The notes below the pieces were generated by a model. The model ran no database searches and had not been told where the DNA came from. It worked only from the letters and a program-made list of their open reading frames with translations. The position numbers and the translations under genes were made by a program. From an uncultured Bacteroidales bacterium (GTDB taxonomy: Bacteria > Bacteroidota > Bacteroidia > Bacteroidales > JALTDM01): 61,321 nucleotides of DNA. Numbering within the stretch: position 1 is the first letter of the stretch; each line of letters starts with the position of its first letter. The DNA is taken from contig CAYQWX010000006.1 in assembly GCA_964421355.1 (NCBI GenBank), positions 1 to 61,321 on the forward strand. Direction: 5' to 3'. Below, one piece after another: positions 52,901 through 61,321 of this stretch.

Positions 52901-53058
52901 GATTAGGAAATATTTACATTGACACTTATTGGATGAATGTTTTTGTTATTTGGTTTTTTAATATTCTGTTAATCATCTCTTTATATTTTAGATGGTTTAG
53001 AAAGACCCTTGATAAATTAGGAGAAATTAGTGGCAAATTTATCAAACCAAAAGATTAA
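49966..53058 (+). CDS. Fused ABCG-type exporter: TerB-like N-terminal domain, NBD, CxxC linker, ABC-2 membrane domain
   Basis: GASGAGKS, ISGGQRKR, LFLDEPTSGLS and VIHQP motifs; CPVC; about six TM helices plus a terminal TM after a large soluble loop. Confidence 0.88.
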   Translation: MSERILKALMHLFALIARPNSNLEERKEIVGSFLKQQLNSEQVEEYLKIFVNYYKIYQEKQSRKGKRNKSIAVSSVKILKICNEINSELTLKQRVIVLYNLLEFIKADVGEVSEQELEFVQTVAQEFHIPEDEYKRIKGFVIYAFDQIPNSSRMLLIDSNKDFKHEKIKHMYVEGMKGQIRFFHLRLTDMYFFRYLGSSELVMNGQLLHQDKVYIFTFGSSIKAPKITPIYYSDIVKVFNEDKTHGKILFEVKNIEYHFPSGNIGLHPISFTEESGRMVGIMGASGAGKSTLLSVLNGTNSPTRGEVLINKINIHKEKEKLEGLIGFVSQDDLLIEELTVFENLYFNAKLCFDNYSEFQIIRTVFKTLQTLGLYEIRNMKVGSPLNKKISGGQRKRLNIALELIREPAVLFLDEPTSGLSSRDSENIMDLLKDLSLKGKLIFVVIHQPSSDIFKMFDNLLILDQGGYMVYCGPPVEAIVHFKASINYANWQEAECPVCGNVNPEQIFNILESTVLDEYGSPTMIRKISPKEWNEIYLKSEFSKKAVSITAQKEELILPKITFNIPNKIKQAFIFLKRDILSKLANSQYLIINALETPVLAFLLSYIIKYWSVDVSTGGHYIFSKNENIPAYLYMAVIVAIFIGLTVSAEEIIKDRKILIREKFLNLSWGSFIASKIFILLSVAVIQALMFAFIGNYILEIKGMYFHYWLMLFSAWAFAIILGLNISDAFKTAVTIYISIPFLVIPQMILSGVVFRYDKLNPTISSPTEIPIYGEIITARWAYEGLAVHQYKDNAYEHIFYPYDKIINDANYKKDYWLVNLMNKASFVKRNLKKKEKKQDITNALELLRNELSKELKHNKRFKFDKLNKLYYDKITPSIIESTQMFLKKLKKYYIAKSKLASQKKDALVSKLQNTPEKRELFLKMKKEYTNDKLTDFVRNRTDLEGIIEYKNRLYRKIDPIYQDPEHKFIRAHFYAPRKRLGNIYIDTYWMNVFVIWFFNILLIISLYFRWFRKTLDKLGEISGKFIKPKD

Positions 53059-53075
53059 ATCCAGATACAAATAAA

Positions 53076-53939
53076 TTATCCCAACCAAATTTCCAATAAA
53101 TAAAATACCATAAACAAAATACTTGCAATCCCATTAGCAGTAAAAAAAGCAAGATTAATTTTGGATAAATCCCTTTGTTTTACAATACTATGTTGAAACA
53201 CAATAAAGAATGTAAAAACCGCCGTTCCCAACCAATAGAAAAACCCATAATGATTTATTATACCTATTGCTGCTGCTAACAAAACAACTACTACATGCAA
53301 TATAACAGACAATATTATACTTTTGTCTGTACCAAGAATAGCAGGGATAGATTTTAAATTATTCTCTTTATCAAAAAACTCATCTTGAAGTGCATATATA
53401 ATATCAAAACCACTTACCCAAAATACTACAAGTACAGATAGCAATACAGGAGTTAAATCAAACCGCTGCGTCATACATAAATAAGCACCAATCGGAGCCA
53501 AAGAAAGTCCAACTCCAAGCACAAAATGAGAAAGTGAAGTAAACCGCTTTGTATAGCTATAAAATAGAATTACAAAAAGTGCTACTGGAGAAAGAATAAG
53601 CACCAATTTATTGATAAATGCCGTAGTAACAATAAATAATATTGAGTTGATAACAGTAAACAATAATGCATTATGAGGTGAAATTCTCCCCGATGGTATT
53701 TCTCTATTCCGTGTTCGCGGATTTTTTTCATCAATATCTCTATCCAAATATCTGTTAAAAGCCATCGCCGCACTACGGGCAAATACCATTGCCAATATTA
53801 CTAATAAAAATATTTCTGTACTCCATTTTCCTGTAACCTTTACACCCAAAGCATAACCAATAATTGCAAAAGGTAAAGCAAAAATAGAATGAACAAATTT
53901 TACCAATGATAAATATTTTTTTAATTCTGCCGTTATCAT
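53076..53939 (-). CDS. UbiA-family polyprenyltransferase (MqnP-like)
   Basis: [22 protein letters not shown]-x-x-[12 protein letters not shown] and FDIIYALQD motifs. Confidence 0.9.
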   Translation of the reverse strand: MITAELKKYLSLVKFVHSIFALPFAIIGYALGVKVTGKWSTEIFLLVILAMVFARSAAMAFNRYLDRDIDEKNPRTRNREIPSGRISPHNALLFTVINSILFIVTTAFINKLVLILSPVALFVILFYSYTKRFTSLSHFVLGVGLSLAPIGAYLCMTQRFDLTPVLLSVLVVFWVSGFDIIYALQDEFFDKENNLKSIPAILGTDKSIILSVILHVVVVLLAAAIGIINHYGFFYWLGTAVFTFFIVFQHSIVKQRDLSKINLAFFTANGIASILFMVFYLLEIWLG

Positions 53940-54451
53940 TTTATTTCAAATACTTCTTTGTAAACACTATAATTATCAGCATCAAATATACAGAAAACTA
54001 TCTTGTCCAATTTTCCATCATTTTTTTTCAAAAATTTTTCAATTGTTTCCTTAACCACTTTTGCCGCATCTTTTTTCGGGAAACGATATACACCCGTACT
54101 TATATTAGGAAAAGCTATTGTTTTCAGTCCATACTCAATAGCTATCATAAGCGAATTTATATAAGCAGATGAGAGTAATTTGTAATCCTTACCTTTACCG
54201 TGCCATACAGGACCTACTGCATGAATCACATATTTCGCAGGAAGCCTATACCCCTTTGTTATTTTTGCTTCACCCGTGTTTGCTCCCCCCAAAGTTTTGC
54301 ACTCCTCAAGTAATTCCGCTCCAGCAGCTCTATGTATTGCACCATCCACTCCTCCTCCTCCAAGCAAAGTGCGATTGGCAGCATTAACTATAGCATCCAC
54401 ATCAAGCCTTGTTATATCACAAGGATACAATATCTCTATTTTAGTTTTCAT
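53936..54451 (-). CDS. Macro-domain protein (YmdB-like O-acetyl-ADP-ribose deacetylase)
   Basis: [25 protein letters not shown] and ISTGVY motifs. Start set at MKTKIE. Confidence 0.95.
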   Translation of the reverse strand: MKTKIEILYPCDITRLDVDAIVNAANRTLLGGGGVDGAIHRAAGAELLEECKTLGGANTGEAKITKGYRLPAKYVIHAVGPVWHGKGKDYKLLSSAYINSLMIAIEYGLKTIAFPNISTGVYRFPKKDAAKVVKETIEKFLKKNDGKLDKIVFCIFDADNYSVYKEVFEIK

Positions 54452-54464
54452 AATAAAATCGTTT

Positions 54465-55232
54465 TTATAACTTGATTTTACCTTCAAATACAAATTGAGC
54501 AGGACCTTTTAAAAAAATGTCGGTAAATCCTTTATTCGTATAATTGAAACTTACTTCCAATACCCCTCCGGGAGCATGTATGGTAACAGGAGATTTTACT
54601 TCTAAAAACAGAAAAGAAGCAATTGATACAGCAACAGTTCCTGTTCCACACGAAAGTGTCTCCGCTTCCACTCCCCGCTCATAAGTGCGCATCATTAGTT
54701 TATTATCTACCATTTCCACAAAATTAACATTAATTCCATTTGGAAATTCCGAAGAATACCTTATCCTTGCTCCTTCTTTTTCCACAGGATATTCTTTTAA
54801 GTTTTTCACAAATTTAACCAAATGCGGGGACCCCGTGTCCACAATAAGGTTATTATCTCTTTTTTCATATGTAAAAACATCATTCATTTTTAGAATAACG
54901 GCATTGTTCTCTACTGTTGCCCTATGCTCTCCATCTATTGCTTCAAATGTTGTTTTTTGTTTAATTATTCCTTGCTTATAGGCATGCATTACAATACATC
55001 TGCCACCATTACCACACATTGTGCCTTCTTTTCCATCGGCATTATAATATTTCATAGCAAAGTCATACTTGTTTGAACTCAATACTTCCATAAATCCATC
55101 AGCACCTATTCCAAAATGTCTATCACACAACAATTTAATTTCTTGTTCTAACAAAGAATACTTACCATCCAAATTATTTATTATTATAAAATCATTTCCT
55201 GTACCATGATATTTATAAAATTTTAATTCCAT
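54465..55232 (-). CDS. dapF: Diaminopimelate epimerase
   Basis: [14 protein letters not shown] and [14 protein letters not shown] motifs. Confidence 0.98.
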   Translation of the reverse strand: MELKFYKYHGTGNDFIIINNLDGKYSLLEQEIKLLCDRHFGIGADGFMEVLSSNKYDFAMKYYNADGKEGTMCGNGGRCIVMHAYKQGIIKQKTTFEAIDGEHRATVENNAVILKMNDVFTYEKRDNNLIVDTGSPHLVKFVKNLKEYPVEKEGARIRYSSEFPNGINVNFVEMVDNKLMMRTYERGVEAETLSCGTGTVAVSIASFLFLEVKSPVTIHAPGGVLEVSFNYTNKGFTDIFLKGPAQFVFEGKIKL

Positions 55233-55310
55233 TTTTGCACAAAATTTGTAGGCAAAGCTAAAATAAAAATTAAGTAAAACTCGTTAAACCAATTAAAAAA
55301 TTATAGTGTT

Positions 55311-56474
55311 ATGAAAAAGAAAACATTGTTAATTACCATTGGAGCAGCTTTTTTAGGCGGCTTTTTTGCCATTGTTTCGTATTTTTATTTTTTTGAACCT
55401 GATAAAAAACTTTTGGCAGACATATTAAACGAACAGATAAATAATCAGGCCCCTATAAAATATGTTTCTTTAGGTAATAATCAAGCAATAGATTTTACCG
55501 AAGCTGCACAAAAAGTAGTACCTGCTGTAGTACACATTAAGACCAAAGTAACTGAAGAATATATGAGTAATCCTATTTATGATTTCTTCTTTGGAACAAC
55601 TCCCCGCAGATATGAACAAGTAGTTCCTCTTGCTTCCGGCTCAGGTGTAATAGTCTCTCCAAATGGCTATGTTGTAACCAATTATCATGTAATAAAAAAT
55701 GCAAGCATGATAGATGTTATTTTAAATGACAAAAGAAGTTATAAAGCAAAAGTTATAGGAGTGGACAAAATGACAGACTTGGCACTTTTGAAAATAGATG
55801 CCGACAATTTGCCTTTTTTACGCTATGGAGATTCCGATAAATTAAAAGTTGGTGAATGGGTACTTGCCGTAGGAAATCCTTTTAATCTGACCTCTACTGT
55901 TACAGCAGGTATTGTAAGTGCAAAAGCAAGAAGTTTAAGCCTATTATCCCGCTATGGAATAGAAGCTTATATACAAACCGATGCTGCTGTAAATCCTGGC
56001 AATAGCGGTGGAGCATTAGTAAACACCAAAGGTGAACTTGTTGGTATAAATGCTGCTATTGCATCTAACACAGGATCATACACAGGATATTCCTTTGCTA
56101 TTCCGGTAAATATAGTAAAAAAGGTAGTAGCTGATTTAATAAAATATGGTAAAGTTCAAAGAGCTTTTATTGGAGCATCTATTGTGGAAATGAATGCAGA
56201 TATTGCAAAATATTTGGGTGTCAACCAAACTGAAGGAGTATATATTTTTGAAGTCAATCCCAACGGAGCAGCTGCAGAAGCAGGTCTAGAAAAAGGAGAT
56301 ATTATTATTAAAATAAATGATGTGAAAATAAATACCCTACCTCAATTACAAGAACAACTTGCAAAATATAGGCCTGGCGATACAGTTGATATTACAGTTC
56401 TTCGTAATAATACTCCAAAAGTATTTCATGTAAAACTCAAAAATGTATATGGAAATGCTTCATATATAAGATAA
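55311..56474 (+). CDS. HtrA/DegP-family serine protease with one PDZ domain
   Basis: SGSGV, TNYHV, DLA and NPGNSGG triad motifs; a single PDZ domain. Confidence 0.95.
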   Translation: MKKKTLLITIGAAFLGGFFAIVSYFYFFEPDKKLLADILNEQINNQAPIKYVSLGNNQAIDFTEAAQKVVPAVVHIKTKVTEEYMSNPIYDFFFGTTPRRYEQVVPLASGSGVIVSPNGYVVTNYHVIKNASMIDVILNDKRSYKAKVIGVDKMTDLALLKIDADNLPFLRYGDSDKLKVGEWVLAVGNPFNLTSTVTAGIVSAKARSLSLLSRYGIEAYIQTDAAVNPGNSGGALVNTKGELVGINAAIASNTGSYTGYSFAIPVNIVKKVVADLIKYGKVQRAFIGASIVEMNADIAKYLGVNQTEGVYIFEVNPNGAAAEAGLEKGDIIIKINDVKINTLPQLQEQLAKYRPGDTVDITVLRNNTPKVFHVKLKNVYGNASYIR

Positions 56475-56477
56475 AAC

Positions 56478-56511
56478 AAAAAAAGGCTGCCCAAAATTTA
56501 TTGGACAGCCT
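56478..56511. terminator. Terminator between convergent genes
   Basis: AGGCTGCCCAA / TTGGACAGCCT stem with a U-tract on the minus strand. Confidence 0.75.
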
Positions 56512-56549
56512 CTCCTCTACTTAGCAGCAAAACTTTTAAGTATTCACAA

Positions 56550-59500
56550 TTATCTTATCAATAAAACATTTCCTGTTTCTGTATGGTCATTACCTGCAAC
56601 ATCCTTAAATTTGCACACCCATTTATAGACTCCATTAGCTCCTTTTTTATCACCCTTAATAGTGCCATCCCATTTACCGCTACTATGAGTTTGAGGATAG
56701 AAATCATTTATTGTACTAACCAATTCTCCCCACCTATCATAAATATACAAAACAAATCCTTTAGGAGAAATGCCATATCCTCTCACTAAAAAGAAATCAT
56801 TCTGTCCATCTCCATCAGGAGAAAATGCAGTAGGAGCCCAAAATGTATATACATCTTCTATATATATGTCTTTTTCGGCAGTATCTCTACATCCATAATC
56901 ATTCTCAATAATCAACTGACTTAAATAATGTGCCGCAACTTGTGGATAACGATGAAATGGTGATAATATCGTTGCAGAATCTCCATCTCCAAAACTCCAT
57001 AAATTTAATACATTTCCCTCGCTTTGATTTATAAAATGAATTTCAGGTGCCAATATATTAACAACACGTGGACTTATTGCGTATTCTGCATGAGGTTTTG
57101 GATACACATCTATCATTTCCGGAATAGTATCTCCTGTCTTACAGCCATACTCTGTAATACATTGCACCCAAACATCAAATATACCACTACGGGTATAAGT
57201 GTGAGAAGGATGAGAGGAAGTGGAAAGATTTTCATTGTCTCCAAAGCTCCATATATATGAATTTATTCCCATTGAATCACTAAGAATACTTAAATTGAAA
57301 TTAACAAGTAATGGAACACAACCTTGTGAAGTATCGGAAAATATTCTTACCTGAGGAATAGGGTATACATAAATATAAATACTATCTCTATCTTCTGAGC
57401 CACATTTATCTGTAACATCTAACACTACATAATGACTATGGTGAATATGTAAAATCTGTGGCAAAGACTGTACCGTATCTCCATCCAAAATAATAGTATA
57501 TGGCTCACCTGCTCCGCCGGAAAATGAAGCAGCAAACATCACTGGGGCACTGGGACATACAGAATCCCTATTACTTATCAAAGTTACACTTAAAGGAGTT
57601 GACACATATATATGAGTAGTAAGACTATCCGTACATCCATGTGAATCGGTTACCACAGCAGTTATATCATAATCAGCATCAGGATGAATAGTTAACAAAG
57701 AATCTCCTTCAACTCCATTCCAATAATATGAATATGGAGGTGTACCACCTGTAACACTACATATTACATCTTGATATTGCCCATGACACACATCATAAGA
57801 ACTTGGCATACTTAATTCAAGTAAAGGTGGTTGTCCTATATTTACATCAGTAGTTGTTACACAACCATTGTAATCAGTAACTGTTACACTATGATAACCA
57901 GCCATCAAAGTATCCACACTTTCAGTATTAGCTCCTCCGTCCCACAAATAAGTATAAGGAGGAACTCCTCCACTTGCTACACATCTGGCAAATCCATCAT
58001 TACCTCCATAACAAAGCACATTTACGGTAGAATCAATAGCGGCAGAAAGAGGAAGTGGTTGCGTAATCACCACAGTATCAATATTCTGACAACCATAAGC
58101 ATCAGTAATAGTAACAATATGCGAACCTGCATACAATGAATCATTATTTGGTTCCGTATAACTATCATCCCATAAATAAGAATAAGGAGAAGTTCCACCG
58201 GTTACAATTAAATGTGCTTGTCCTGTATTACCTCCATAGCACAAAACAGGAGTTACACTAGTAAAAGAACTACTTAATGTATCAGGCTGCGTAACTTCAA
58301 AACTGTCTGCGACCTGACAATTATGATAATCTGTTACTGTTAAATAATACACACCAGCAGGAATATTATGATTATCTTCTGTTGTAATACCATTACTCCA
58401 TTGATAAGTATAAGGTGGTGTTCCTCCATGAATTGTAATATCTATAGCTCCATCACTCAATCCATAACAAGAAACATTAGTAATACTATCCAAAACAATA
58501 GCTAATGGTGCTGGTGTTGGTATAATAACTTGAGAAACTGAAGTGCAACCATGGCTATCGGTTACAGTAACATTATGCTGACCTGTAAGTAAATTTACTG
58601 CATTACTATTTGTTTCTCCATCATCCCACTGATATGTATAAGATGGTGTTCCTCCTTGTGCAAGTACAGTTGCCGTACCATTATTATCACCATAACATAG
58701 CACACTATCAAAATCTGAAATAGAAGTTATCAGCTCAGGAGGCTGAGTAATGGAAACACTATCCGTAGTAGAAAGTCCACATCCTCCATTAATGGTAACA
58801 TAATATGTCCCCGCAACCAATGTATTTGCAATACTATCGTTATCTCCACTACTCCACTGATAATTATATGGACCTATTCCTTCTTGCACTTCAACACGTG
58901 CTGCTCCATTATTTTCTCCATAACAGTTTACCATTGTAGGATAAATTGTATCCGTAATAGCAGCTGGAATAATAATAGAATCCCACAATATAGGTCCACA
59001 CGGTGGATTTAGTTGCACCTTTATACGATAAATATTACCAAACCCAATATTAAATAAAGTATCAGCGAGTTCATATGTGTCTCCTGATTGCTGAATTATA
59101 TTATTGTTTTGGTCAAGCCAAGTATAATTAATCAAAGGATTTAACATAGTAGTATTTACAGAAGATACTACATTTACTTGTCCATTTCCAGTGCAGAAGA
59201 AATCATTATCTACGGAAAATGTATTAGAGCTACATGTTACACTATGATTAGCTGTAATTACTGCGGCATATCCGTGGGCTGCTATATACAGAAGATTGTA
59301 ATTCTTATCATATGTTACATCATAAATTTCTCCAGAACCTACACTTATATTATCAATTGGACCTGATATAGATGATCCATCATACTGATAAACTTGTACA
59401 CTTCCATTTGCTCCCACATAAATATTATTACAATCATCCACTGCTATTCCTCCAACTTGTTTAGCTGTAGAACCAGTAGATATTACATTAAGTTCTGTTC

Positions 59501-61004
59501 CTGCAGCCTTATCATATACTCCTATTTTTGCTCCAGTATAAAGATACAAATAATCATCATTCACCGCAAGAGCATTAAATTGATTGCCGGAACTCCAGCA
59601 ACTGTATTGGGGTGGATGATTAGAACATTCTTCAAAAGCACCTAAACTATGTACAATCATCCAATCATGTCCATTCATAGAAGAATTTACTTTAAGCAAA
59701 TAATGATCACAATAACCACTTACATGAGCATATACGCAAAATAAATTACCAAAATTATCTGTAACAGCATCTACTATATCTTGATCTGTATTACCCGAAC
59801 CTGTAAAATTTGCTGTCTGAACACTCCCTGAATTAGGATTTATTAATCCACCGTTAAGATTCGAATTTGTACCACCACCAAATCCCATAACACTACCACT
59901 ACCACAATCAAATGCCATACACCACATTTCCCTAAAAGAACTATTAGAATTAGACATAAATCCATCACTATTACCATTAAAATCTATACGATAAGTACGA
60001 GCACCACCTGAATTAAATCCCTCTGAAATATAAATTTTTTGCATATTCCTATCCACCATCAAATTACCTTCATAAGATGTAGAAATTGCTGTAACATTAT
60101 GTACCCATTGCAAAGAACCTGTAGGCGAATATTTTAAAATTTTATCCGTATATGAATTATCATCATATATATACACATTACCATCATAGTCATAATCGGC
60201 TTCAAAAGCATAATGTTCATTTCCTGAATCTATCCACGGATCTACAACTGCTTCCTGTGAAAAAGATATTTTGGAACTAACAAAAGAGACAATATTTCCA
60301 GATATCTTAAAATGAACTTGAATAGGTGTACCATCTTGCAGATAACAATTATTTGGAGTATAATCCTTAATTAATGCTCCATTTTTGAAGTAAATATACA
60401 AATTGCCATGATGAAGTTCAAGTTTTTTTATATCTCTACCATACTTTATTTTAACTTGACTTAAATCGGCTCCGGGATGTAAAAGAATTTTATATTTAAA
60501 ACCAGAACTGTCTGAAGGCACATAAAAAAGTAAATCTATATTAGGATAAGCATTTTTATATAGCAGTTTTTTATAACCATGATACTGACCAGGTTTCATT
60601 CCATAAGTAAAATACCATGAAACTTTGTCTAAAGGAATAATTTTAACATCAGGATTGATATTTATAAAATTAGCTTCTACATAAGATGTATGTAATTCTG
60701 AATTTTCACGTTCTTCTTCTACTTCATTTCTATTAAACTCAGCTGAAGCAGGAGGTTCCTTAGTAACTAAGGTATCCATTCTAAGGATAAAACTTTCTCT
60801 AGTAAAATAAGTTTCAACTCCTACACCTGTTAAATGGTATAAAACATCAGCATTTTTTATTTCTTCAATTTGTCCATTATTTTCAACAAAAGCACCATAT
60901 TCATTTAAATCGGCATACCATTTAACAGGGTCATCATCATTATTAGAAATAGCAACAAAAGCATAAAACAATAAGAAAGTTATAAATATATAAATCTTTT
61001 TCAT
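56550..61004 (-). CDS. Large T9SS type B cargo: N-terminal F-x-EN-x-GQ domain, beta-propeller, SprB repeats, PKD domains, type B CTD
   Basis: Signal peptide; FVENNGQ and YPNIDL; SprB units; W-S-FGD PKD motifs; PTAFSPDGDGQND...YDRWG...WDG. Confidence 0.9.
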   Translation of the reverse strand: MKKIYIFITFLLFYAFVAISNNDDDPVKWYADLNEYGAFVENNGQIEEIKNADVLYHLTGVGVETYFTRESFILRMDTLVTKEPPASAEFNRNEVEEERENSELHTSYVEANFININPDVKIIPLDKVSWYFTYGMKPGQYHGYKKLLYKNAYPNIDLLFYVPSDSSGFKYKILLHPGADLSQVKIKYGRDIKKLELHHGNLYIYFKNGALIKDYTPNNCYLQDGTPIQVHFKISGNIVSFVSSKISFSQEAVVDPWIDSGNEHYAFEADYDYDGNVYIYDDNSYTDKILKYSPTGSLQWVHNVTAISTSYEGNLMVDRNMQKIYISEGFNSGGARTYRIDFNGNSDGFMSNSNSSFREMWCMAFDCGSGSVMGFGGGTNSNLNGGLINPNSGSVQTANFTGSGNTDQDIVDAVTDNFGNLFCVYAHVSGYCDHYLLKVNSSMNGHDWMIVHSLGAFEECSNHPPQYSCWSSGNQFNALAVNDDYLYLYTGAKIGVYDKAAGTELNVISTGSTAKQVGGIAVDDCNNIYVGANGSVQVYQYDGSSISGPIDNISVGSGEIYDVTYDKNYNLLYIAAHGYAAVITANHSVTCSSNTFSVDNDFFCTGNGQVNVVSSVNTTMLNPLINYTWLDQNNNIIQQSGDTYELADTLFNIGFGNIYRIKVQLNPPCGPILWDSIIIPAAITDTIYPTMVNCYGENNGAARVEVQEGIGPYNYQWSSGDNDSIANTLVAGTYYVTINGGCGLSTTDSVSITQPPELITSISDFDSVLCYGDNNGTATVLAQGGTPSYTYQWDDGETNSNAVNLLTGQHNVTVTDSHGCTSVSQVIIPTPAPLAIVLDSITNVSCYGLSDGAIDITIHGGTPPYTYQWSNGITTEDNHNIPAGVYYLTVTDYHNCQVADSFEVTQPDTLSSSFTSVTPVLCYGGNTGQAHLIVTGGTSPYSYLWDDSYTEPNNDSLYAGSHIVTITDAYGCQNIDTVVITQPLPLSAAIDSTVNVLCYGGNDGFARCVASGGVPPYTYLWDGGANTESVDTLMAGYHSVTVTDYNGCVTTTDVNIGQPPLLELSMPSSYDVCHGQYQDVICSVTGGTPPYSYYWNGVEGDSLLTIHPDADYDITAVVTDSHGCTDSLTTHIYVSTPLSVTLISNRDSVCPSAPVMFAASFSGGAGEPYTIILDGDTVQSLPQILHIHHSHYVVLDVTDKCGSEDRDSIYIYVYPIPQVRIFSDTSQGCVPLLVNFNLSILSDSMGINSYIWSFGDNENLSTSSHPSHTYTRSGIFDVWVQCITEYGCKTGDTIPEMIDVYPKPHAEYAISPRVVNILAPEIHFINQSEGNVLNLWSFGDGDSATILSPFHRYPQVAAHYLSQLIIENDYGCRDTAEKDIYIEDVYTFWAPTAFSPDGDGQNDFFLVRGYGISPKGFVLYIYDRWGELVSTINDFYPQTHSSGKWDGTIKGDKKGANGVYKWVCKFKDVAGNDHTETGNVLLIR

Positions 61005-61321
61005 AGTATTTACTTTTTAATTTTACAAATTTAGTCTAATCATTGACGAATACCAAATTTTTTCCTATAAACAAACTTAAAAAATAGATATAGGTTGCGT
61101 AAAAAATACAAGTTTGCAAGAATATTACTACAAACTAAGTAAAATATGTTTTTTTGTCATTTTTTCAATGGACAAACACAAACAGCATCAGAATTGTATT
61201 ATTTTTGTCAGCAACAAGCACAGAAAGATAATTGGCTTAGGAATAATTATTGCAAAAGTTCAATAATTTTTTTTTTGCAGAAAGTTTGTTATCATTTATT
61301 TGGTAATCTTAAAATTATGAA

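Overview
A very AT-rich, gene-dense chromosomal window from a Bacteroidota organism, probably a Bacteroidales-like anaerobe. The assignment rests on three full-length T9SS cargo proteins plus a cargo fragment, many TAnnTTTG promoter elements, and the DUF349, DUF1573 and DUF2027 families. Most genes are core housekeeping: yidC, yajC, coaE, djlA, tmk, class II nrdJ, pth, pnuC/NadR-like, malic enzyme, pta, ptb, rbfA, lpxD, lon, xth, pyrG, dapF and degP. I found two features missing from the ORF track, a tRNA-Ser(GGA) and the 39-aa ribosomal protein THX. I saw no CRISPR array, transposase, integrase, prophage or reverse transcriptase. The most interesting items are: (1) a three-gene unit of lipoprotein, small secreted protein and a TerB-like/ABCG-type fused exporter; (2) two archaeal-type translation-related genes inside core operons, a stand-alone ThrRS editing domain and an eIF2B-like protein lacking the catalytic Cys; (3) a MaeB-type malic enzyme without its PTA domain, directly upstream of a genuine pta; (4) an orphan GC-rich structured element near 45.7 kb; (5) a sigma54-like promoter upstream of lon. 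All family calls come from motif recognition by eye, and no database search was run.
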